DNA of 60,000 nt from the NCBI GenBank assembly GCA_965235115.1, contig OZ249436.1, forward strand, positions 19,098,001 to 19,158,000. The letters run 5' to 3'. The first letter of the stretch is position 1; every line of letters begins with the position of its first letter. This document shows, one piece after another, positions 51,177-60,000 of this stretch. The position numbers and the translations under genes are program-made. Source of the DNA: Laetmonice hystrix (Eukaryota). Below the pieces are notes generated by a model. That model was not told the origin of the DNA. It did not search any database and saw nothing but the letters and a program-made list of their open reading frames with translations.

Positions 51177-51941
51177 ATGATACTGGCAGGAGGACGGTTA
51201 CAGGACATGATACTGGCAGGAGGACGGTTACAGGACATGATACTGGCGGGAGGACGGTTACAGGACATGATACTGGCGGGAGGACGGTTACAGCATGGTT
51301 GTCATGATACTGGTGGGAGGACGGTTACAGGACATGATACTGGCGGGAGGACGGTTACAGGACATGATACTGGCGGGAGGACGGTTACAGGACATGATAT
51401 TGGCGGAAGGACGGTTACAGGACATGATATTGGCGGGAGGACGGTTACAGGACATGATACTGGCGGGAGGACGGTTACAGGATGGTTCTCATCATACTGG
51501 CGGGAGGACGGTTACAGGATGGTTCTCATCATACTGGCAGGAGGACGGTTACAGGTCATGATACTGGCGGGAGGACGGTTACAGGACATGATACTGGCGG
51601 GAGGACGGTTACAGGACATGATACTGGCAGGAGGACGGTTACAGGACATGATACTGGCGGGAGGACGGTTACAGGACATAATACTGGCAGGAGGACGGTT
51701 ACAGGACATGATACTGGCGGGAGGACGGTTACAGGACATGATACTGACGGGAGGACAGTTACAGGACATGATACTGGCGGGAGGACGGTTACAGGATGGT
51801 TGTCATGATACTGGCGGGAGGACGGTTACAGGATGGTTGTCATGATACTGGCAGGAGGACGGTTACAGGATGGTTGTCATGATACTGGCGGGAGGACGGT
51901 TACAGGATGGTTCTCATGATACTGGCGGGAGGACGGTTACA
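51177..51941. repeat. Same minisatellite family (array B)
   Basis: Same core and orientation as 49648-50252, with shared linker variants. Confidence 0.96.
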
Positions 51942-53568
51942 ACAACGGGGTTGAGAGAAGACTAGGACAAAGATCCTCTCCCTAAATATAAACCTCTGTC
52001 TTCCTTGAAAGGTTATGGACACTTTGTCTTAAAGGGCAAACATGCCGAGATTTTCCGCCGGACCTCCCAGCGATTTTTAATTTAAAGGTAGAGATTCATA
52101 TGAGATTCTTCCATGATACTGTCAGAAGGTCGCAGATGTCTAAGTGATGATAACTTTGTTTTTATTACCGTTGATAGAATGGCCACCGCCCAGAGTTAGT
52201 ATACGATGAGCACGCGCCATGACAGCACGGTTTGTCGTTATCAGTCTCACGTTTACCACTGTCGTTAGGGGAAACAGCGCCCTCTGGGGGACATGTTGTC
52301 ACTTACACAACACCCCAGCGTCACTACAACTACGCAGTTATACATGTTGACGGAGAAAAAAGGTGGAGATGGGAGGGGGCGGCAATACGTTCTGTACGGA
52401 CCGGTGCAGGCGTTACAACTCATGGTCTCGTTTTTATCCAGCCTGGCTGAGTATGGCTTGTGAGGTAGCTACATTATGGCTGCATTACACATGAGTAATG
52501 ATTCATTCCTGACATATAAATGACATATCAACTAATTCTGATAGAGGGAGATCTATTAGAACCTACTCTTTCATGCTGCGCCATGCAAGTTATATAAAAA
52601 GTCCTGCATTTAGAAACGCACCCTGAGTTGCAATTATGCCAGAGTTGACACTCGTCATTGGCATCGCCATTATCCATAATAGTCCAAACCAAATCTCTTG
52701 GCACACACTCTACCTATAATCTGTTGTCAGATGTTTGGTGAGAGAAGTTCTGAATGAGGTTAATGATTCTGTCATTATTTCGGTGAACAGTTTAACGCGA
52801 TGTCCAGGGTACGGTGAATCTCATCATGAAGTAACGTCACCTCGTGTCTGAACCTTCTCACGTAGGCATGCGATCAAACTCAACCTTCGGGGATCGTAGT
52901 TTAAATACTCCGGGGTTTGAAAGTCACCTTCACCACCATAGCAATCTCTGGGTACGGAATCGACTTATTGAACATTTTCTGATCGGAGTAGTTTTGGTAT
53001 TACAATACAGGTGTATCTATGTAGAGAAGGAATGTTTAAATATAATAGAGATGCTATATAAAGGAGAGCTATGGTTGCCAATTACACAAAGAAACACACT
53101 CTCTCTGAAAAGTTTTCTTTCCATAGGAATTCGTATTTTTATTATCGAATTTATATTTTTGATAAAATTAGCAATTTCTCTCCTGACGTGGAGAGTGGCT
53201 TCAACGACTGTTCCGTCACTTTTCACGCAGGTGAGGGAGTGGTGAGAGGGTGGGGTTATGGGACTTACGGGTTATGGCTATAGTTCCGATAATGTGCGCT
53301 AGATGGCGTTGGCAAAGCCAACCAGTGACTGAGTGGAATTGACTCTCATGACTCGAAGGTGAATCACGTTGAAATCTCGTAGATGTCTCGCCGTGGCTTT
53401 GAGTGACGGTGCGAAATGAAGCCACAAGTCTACCTCAACCCAGACAACCTGTCAATACTACTTTCACAACGTTTGCAGCTCGGTTTTAAATAAAAAATCT
53501 GAACTATGAACTATTTCCGCCATGTAAAGTGCAGGAAAATCGCAAGCCGGGCCGGTCGGGATACAACG

Positions 53569-54629
53569 CGGTGAGGATACGGTGAGGATACGGTGAGGAT
53601 ACGGTGAGGATACGGTGAGGATACGGTGGGGATACGGTGAGGATACGGTGAGGATACGGTGAGGATACGGTGAGGATACGGTGGGGATACGGTGAGGATA
53701 CGGTGAGGATACGGTGAGGATACGGTGAGGATACGGTGAGGAGACGGTGAGGAGACGGTAAGGATACGGTGAGGATACGGTGAGGATACGGTGAGGATAC
53801 GGTGAGGATACGGTGAGGAGACGGTGAGGATACGGTGAGGAGACGGTGAGAAGACGGTGAGGAGACGGTGAGGAGACGGTGAGGATACGGTGAGGATACG
53901 GTGGGGAGACGGTGAGGATACGGTGAGGATACGGTGAGGAGACGGTAAGGATACGGTGAGGATACGGTGAGGATACGGTGAGGAGACGGTGAGGAGACGG
54001 TAAGGATACGGTGAGGATACGGTGAGGATACGGTGAGGATACCGTGAGGATACGGTGAGGAGACGGTGAGGAGACGGTGAGGATACGGTGAGGAGACGGT
54101 GAGGAGACGGTGAGGATACGGTGAGGATACGGTGAGGATACGGTAAGGGGACGGTGAGGATACGGTGAGGAGACGGTGAGGAGACGGTGAGGATACCGTG
54201 AGGATACGGTGAGGATACGGTGAGGATACGGTGAGGATACGGTGAGGATACGGTGAGGAGACGGTGAGGATACGGTGAGGATACGGTGAGGATACGGTGA
54301 GGATACGGTGAGGAGACGGTGAGGAGACGGTGAGGATACGGTGAGGATACGGTGAGGATACGGTACGTGAGGATACGGTGAGGATACGGTGAGGATACGG
54401 TACGTGAGGATACGGTGAGGAGACGGTGAGGATACGGTGAGGATACCGTGAGGATACGGTGAGGAGACGGTGAGGAGACGGTGAGGAGACGGTGAGGATA
54501 CGGTGAGGAGACGGTGAGGAGACGGTGAGGATACGGTGAGGATACGGTGAGGATACGGTGAGGATACGGTGAGGATACGGTGAGGATACGGTGAGGAGAC
54601 GGTAAGGAGACGGTGAGGATACGGTGAGG
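53569..54629. repeat. 11-bp minisatellite (GGTGAGGATAC/GGTGAGGAGAC), ~96 copies
   Basis: 11-bp period; it accounts for the ORF at 53504-54661. Confidence 0.97.
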
Positions 54630-54677
54630 CCGTAATGGTTTCCCACGAACGTCAGTGCCACCTATAACACGGCCAAA

Positions 54678-55220
54678 TGGTCACGTGACATGTTGGACCA
54701 ATCGGTGACGGTCACGTGACATGTTGGACCAATCGGTGACGGTCACGTGACATGTTGGACCAATCGGTGACGGTCATGTGACCTGTTTCACCAATCGGTG
54801 ACGGTCACGTGACCTGTTTCACCAATCGGTGACGGTCACGTGACCTGTTTCACCAATCGGTTTTGGTCATGTGACCTTTTTCACCAATCAGTGACGGGCA
54901 TGTGACCTGTTTGACCAATCGGTGACGGTCACGTGACCTGTTTGAGCAATCGGTGACGGGCATGTGACCCGTTTGACCAATCGGTGACGGGCATGTGACC
55001 TGTTTGACCAATCGGTGACGGGCATGTGACCTGTTTGACCAATCGGTGACGGTCACGTGACCTGTTTGACCAATCGGTGACGGGCATGTGACCCGTTTGA
55101 CCAATCGGTGACGGTCACGTGACCTGTTTGAGCAATCGGTGACGGGCATGTGACCCGTTTGACCAATCGGTGACGGGCATGTGACCTGTTTGACCAATCG
55201 GTGACGGGCATGTGACCTGT
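54678..55220. repeat. 31-bp minisatellite (GGTCACGTGACCTGTTTGACCAATCGGTGAC), ~17.5 copies, each with an E-box and usually a CCAAT
   Basis: 31-bp period (54679, 54710); motifs read directly. Confidence 0.96.
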
Positions 55221-56733
55221 TGGGCCTGTTAGTGATGTCCTTTCATCATCGTCCGCTCACCGTTTCACATCAGAATAATTTTCTCCTTCTTCACTGGAGT
55301 CACATAACGACCAGGAAATTGGTGGCCACCCAGTCCCACGATATCACCGCCATGACGTCTGAATACCCAGCGGTACAAAGGTCGTCCTTATTCGACCTTG
55401 ACCCTGACCTTTTATTGGTGGCGCTCGGACGCTGACAGGTTTATTTCGTCAATTGATGGTCCACGGGGGATCAGAGATGACCTGTGTGAACTTATAAGGT
55501 CAAGTATATAGGTCATCAACTCTGCCATGTCACGACTGTCTACGGGACATGTGGTAATGGTTCCGACGGCCAAACCCACAGTGCTGCCCTCTGGATGCAG
55601 ATTACCTAGTGACTTTGGGGTTGGATCAATGACGAAGACAGCTTCGGACCACAGTTAGATAACAAAACAGTACTTCAGACTAAAATGGCAGCGCAACATA
55701 ATATTTGTGCCAACTAGTGGGCAATGCTGTGAGTGTGTCACCTGGTCATCGTGACAAAGATCACCCCCACTCATTATAGCGTTACTTGACTCTGACTGTC
55801 GAGAAGGTACTTTATCAAAGGAGGACATTATCTGCTTCATTGTGCTTTTATAGCCACCAGATTCAAGTCAGCCTCATCTCAGGCAATATTAGTACGTAAA
55901 TATCACGCCAGGCGGCTGACTTTCGCAGCGAGCAGGGCTCAACGTCGGACGTGGGAGATAAGCACAACTCTCCACCTTGATATTTGTCGAATTTCTTTCT
56001 CATATAAAATAAAAACTTCAGTCGTTATAACGGGTTGGAATGCAAGGTAATTTACAGCCTGCATTGTTTGCCTCCATTTCAAAATCTAATACCCCTGCCC
56101 ACTTTATTCTAAAGTTACCACAAAGAAGTGATCGTCGATCGGCTGCGCCCAATCTGGTTGTATGAGTATGTGTAAATCATATTAGGGAGCGTTGGCCGGG
56201 CAGAATGACCAACCGAATCGGAACTTTTGACACGTTGGCAGTGAGCAGCGCCCCCTCTCGGGACAGCGTTCGTTCCTGTTAGCGCATCCGCAAATAGTCA
56301 GCAATGTGGAATTGAATTTGGTTCGGTGGAAAGACAGCGAAAATAAATCACACTGGAAGCCCAGAGTGTGACTTGGCTTCCATGGTCAGTCGCGTCACTG
56401 AGAGGGATAAGGCTTCAGAGTGTGGGTGGCTTCGAGGTCCGCTACAAGCGTCGCCTGCTCACAATGCAAGCGTCAGCTCCAAGACGCTTGGCCTGATACG
56501 ACGAATCTGGGCTGGTCGAGATGGCGTCGACTGGAGCTAGCCTGGCGATGAGCTTCACTGATCAAAAATGGTTCCGAGGGGAAACTGATTCTTTGGTTAA
56601 GGCCATTATAGAATGAGTCTTATGTCTACGTGTATATAAAACGGGTAAAATAACCCCATGTGATGGGGACTGGTATGATGTACAATGACCCAATATTATG
56701 GGGTATGGTATATGAAATGACCGACTGCAATCA

Positions 56734-57233
56734 GGGGCTGATATAATGTAAAATGACCCAATGTGATAGGGGCTGATATAATGTAAAATGACCCAATGTG
56801 ATAGGGGCTGATATAATGTTAAATGACCCAATGTGATAGGGGCTGATATAATGTAAAATGACCCAATGTGATAGGGGCTGATATAATGTTAAATGACCCA
56901 ATGTGATAGGGGCTGATATAATGTAAAATGACCCAATGTGATAGGGGCTGATATAATGTAAAATGACCCAATGTGATAGGGGCTGATATAATGTAAAATG
57001 ACCCAATGTGATAGGGGCTGATATAATGTAAAATGACCCAATGTGATAGGGGCTGATATAATGTAAAATGACCCAATGTGATAGGGGCTGATATAATGTA
57101 AAATGACCCAATGTGATAGGGGCTGATATAATGTAAAATGACCCAATGTGATAGGGGCTGATATAATGTTAAATGACCCAATGTGATAGGGGCTGATATA
57201 ATGTTAAATGACCCAATGTGATAGGGGCTGATA
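56734..57233. repeat. 35-bp minisatellite (ATGTGATAGGGGCTGATATAATGTAAAATGACCCA), ~14 copies, with degenerate precursors at ~56650-56730
   Basis: Exact 35-bp period. Confidence 0.97.
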
Positions 57234-57680
57234 TGAGAAGTCAGGTTGAAGACAGATCACGACTGAGTCCAATGGAAACCACACTGGAAGTATTCAGGAT
57301 CGTTAAAGATTGGCTCAAATGGCTACGGCACCGGATATTGACTTATTGCTGCGAAGGATGTCGGGATAAATCACCTGAGGCCAGACTGGATTGGTCAGAT
57401 AGAACACAGCCACGCCAAATTGTATTGATATCTCGGCAGAGGGCGCTGCGGACTGGAGGGCCGCTCTCTAGTGCGCAAGACCGGCACCCAGTAATTCTCG
57501 GATGGTATTACCCAGTCACGTGGTGGTGAGAGGTCGCTGACAGCAGTTTAACAATAAACTCGGTCTGTACCTCGGACTGTTGGGACGACTGGAGAAAACG
57601 GGACAAGAATTGGATGCAGGTCTAGGTGCGTGCCACAGCTCTTGGTGGTCTGCCCTGTGTTCAAATCGTCATTATATGAA

Positions 57681-58119
57681 ACCCCTATACCAAGGGTAAG
57701 AATGATCCTCACCTCAAACCCTCGCTGGTCGTAAGGGGCGACGAATGGAGGGTCGGTGCAGGGAAGTGGTTGAGTGTCGGATTGCAGGATCATGCGTGGC
57801 ACAGGTGGATTTGGATTCTTCCAGTACCATTTTTCTGACTGACCCTCCCCAGTTCTCCGCAGCTGGGTCATCAAAGGGTTTGGTATGTCCAACGGTGTCT
57901 GTTCGACTGGGCATATAAAAGAAATCATGCCATTTTTCGAAAAGGGTAGAGGACTGCCTCTTAATGGCGGGTTTCTTTCTCACTTTGTGCTTAACATCAT
58001 CCGCCCGTACTCGGGGTATACGAGAGGTTCCATGACTAAACTGACAATGAATATGACCGGAAACAACTCGTGGACTCGACGCTCAAGAAGAAGAAGAAGA
58101 AGAAGAAGAAGAAGAAGAA
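57681..58119 (+). mobile_element. SINE-like retroposon with a Nin/Deu-domain-like body and (AAG)n tail
   Basis: The central segment ctgggtcatcaaagggtttggtatgtccaacggtgtctgttcgactgggcatataaaagaaatcatgccatttttcgaaaagggtag resembles the conserved Nin/DeuSINE domain (from recall). A degenerate tRNA-like segment lies at ~57755-57820 and an (AAG)~11 tail at 58085-58119. Confidence 0.65.
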
Positions 58120-60000
58120 ATAGTAATAGTAGTAGCAGTAGAGAGCAGTTTTGGGGACGTAAATGGTGTACACACATGCCTGTACCATTATACGCTCGTG
58201 GTTTTACCCCTAATTCCATGGCCTATTTAAAGTCACCTGATCCGACCCGACTGAAGCCTTTCGCGTCCACTGTATGAGAAACGCATCAACTATTCATGAA
58301 GGAAGCTTAGACTGCGGGAATGGGAGCAGATTATGGGAACACCTTGGGCGGGGCGGACTTCCACTAACACAAAGACGATCCCTCCTCACTACCAACTAAT
58401 AACGTCTCAAGTAAAACGATTCCAGGTTCCAGCTGGCAGGCGGTTATTTTCCAGTTAGCCTTAAGGTTTCTAATCACATGCAGCAACACTAATTGCATTT
58501 CATGATTTGTATTTCATCAAAGAAGAACTTTCATTTCCATTAGGATGCAAGCTACAATAGGCCTACTTGAATCGAACCCGGAACTGTCAGACTTTGAGCA
58601 TGAAATGTTCCTATTCAAAACACTTCCAACAATAAACACTCGCCAGTTTTGTAAGGGACACCGTCATAGTCCACAGCATCGAGACGAAATGGACCAATCG
58701 TTAACTACGTTATGTGATTACAGATAATGGACCCATCGAAATCGAAAGGTTAGGTCAATTTGAAAGTGCTGCTACCACATGACTTCGATACTTGCCGACA
58801 GTGAGTGTAGGGGAAGCACGTGGCTGGGCAGCCGACGATAACGATATCACAGACATCTTTTGAGAAGGTATTACTTCTGCTCTCTGAGTGGCAGCAAGGA
58901 CGACGCACGGAGATGTTCGGCTTTGAATCGTGTAATAATGTTGTTTACCCTCTTTGCTGGGAGTTCTATATTCAATTACGATGTCGATAGCATACTTAGA
59001 GAGACTCGTAGACAACAGTGGGCCCCCTCCACGGCCGTTACGGCCGCGGCAGTGGCCTGCCTGATACTGAATTCTGTTGGAGGAGCGGGGACCCCTCAGA
59101 CAACATTCAACGTCCGCGAGTTGAACGGCTGAGCGTTTCAAGTCACCTCACAATTACGGAGTGGTCTAGAGAGTGAGATTCGGCTGATGATTGTATCTTT
59201 GTTGAGAATTAACGAGCCCGACTGACCCCACCACACTAACAGGTAATCAGGCTTCGTTGTGACTAGCAGTTTACCCGCAAGCAATGAAAGCACCTAGCCT
59301 GCCACCCGTATCGACTGGGCTGCGGCTGTCCCGCGTTACATCCTCTGTATGTGGATCATTACCAATGACTACTCGCATCCTTCAAGTCATAAAGTGGAGA
59401 GGAATCCCCCTCTCCCATTTAGGGGGGCGTGCCTCCCACAATTTTCATATTATCTTCCGGACGCCGATTGTTGGTCGCAATTGCCTAACTGTGCGGGAGG
59501 AGAATCCTGACCGCTGCACGGCGCTGCTGTCGGTAACGGCGCGTCTCGCTGACCTCGAGAGTGCTCACTGACGAAGGTCAAAGAACCATCCCACAATCGG
59601 CGCGAAATGTGATCACAAACTCGTGGTGCTCGCTGACACGATCGACCAATCAGAGCACCCCCCCCCCCCCACACACACACACACAGGCGGTCGCCTAGCG
59701 ACTGCTCGGATGGTCCACGAGCGAGCACCCTGTTAGTGACGTCATAAACACTGGACGAGACGTTAAACTAATTACTTTTGGGACGTACAAACATTCGAAG
59801 GAAATATCGGGCGGATTTATGGACGTAGGGCCTACAGAACAGGTCCAAGACGAACGCTATCGATTATAGACGTAAAAATCTGCTGCAGAAATAATTTCTA
59901 TCGCTGGACGTAGCTCCGTTTCTGTGATGGGGTCTCGTGGTATGCCCGCTGGGAATCTAGGCCGAAGTGGCTCACTCTAACGCTTCCTGGTCAAAGGATA

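Noticed and set aside
49648..51941. CRISPR-like appearance (constant 25-bp core with variable linkers)
   Set aside because: The linkers are only a few related short variants rather than unique spacers. There are no cas genes and the context is eukaryotic. The same applies to all other arrays.
8670..57181. Long ORFs (200-430 aa) at 8.7, 13.6, 25.5, 31.5, 32.5, 40.8, 42.5, 51.2 and 53.5 kb
   Set aside because: All coincide with tandem arrays, and most are open in several frames or on both strands. They lack splice or start context, so they are best explained as repeat artefacts.
57548..57983. Minus-strand ORFs with an apparent GAG|GTGAGG donor
   Set aside because: They lie antisense within the SINE-like element.

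Overview
This is eukaryotic, gene-poor DNA that is mostly intronic or intergenic. It is most likely from a bilaterian invertebrate; the SINE-like fragments resemble lophotrochozoan repeats as I recall them (unverified). There are no prokaryotic operons, CRISPR arrays, rRNA genes or recognisable protein domains. Almost all long ORFs in the track are translations of tandem repeats. About 25 unrelated mini- and microsatellite arrays cover roughly 14 kb, about a quarter of the window. There are two clear TA-flanked MITEs (33450-33998 and 43875-44087), a decayed second copy of the latter, and a Nin/Deu-type SINE-like element with a structured 5' leader (about 57681-58119). The one credible coding feature, missed by the ORF track, is a minus-strand start exon at 29571-29481. 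It encodes a signal peptide (MSYHGGLCVWLSVWLATVCYQGGA/EYPRRQ) and ends at a phase-1 GTAAGA donor. It is preceded by a GC-rich, uORF-laden putative 5' leader, with candidate upstream promoters at about 36.3, 45.1 and 45.8 kb. I could not identify its downstream exons or the gene. The most unusual items are a 31-bp minisatellite that is a tandem array of E-box plus CCAAT modules, the structured SINE leader, and several snapshots of minisatellite evolution. I cannot claim a new biological system from this sequence alone.
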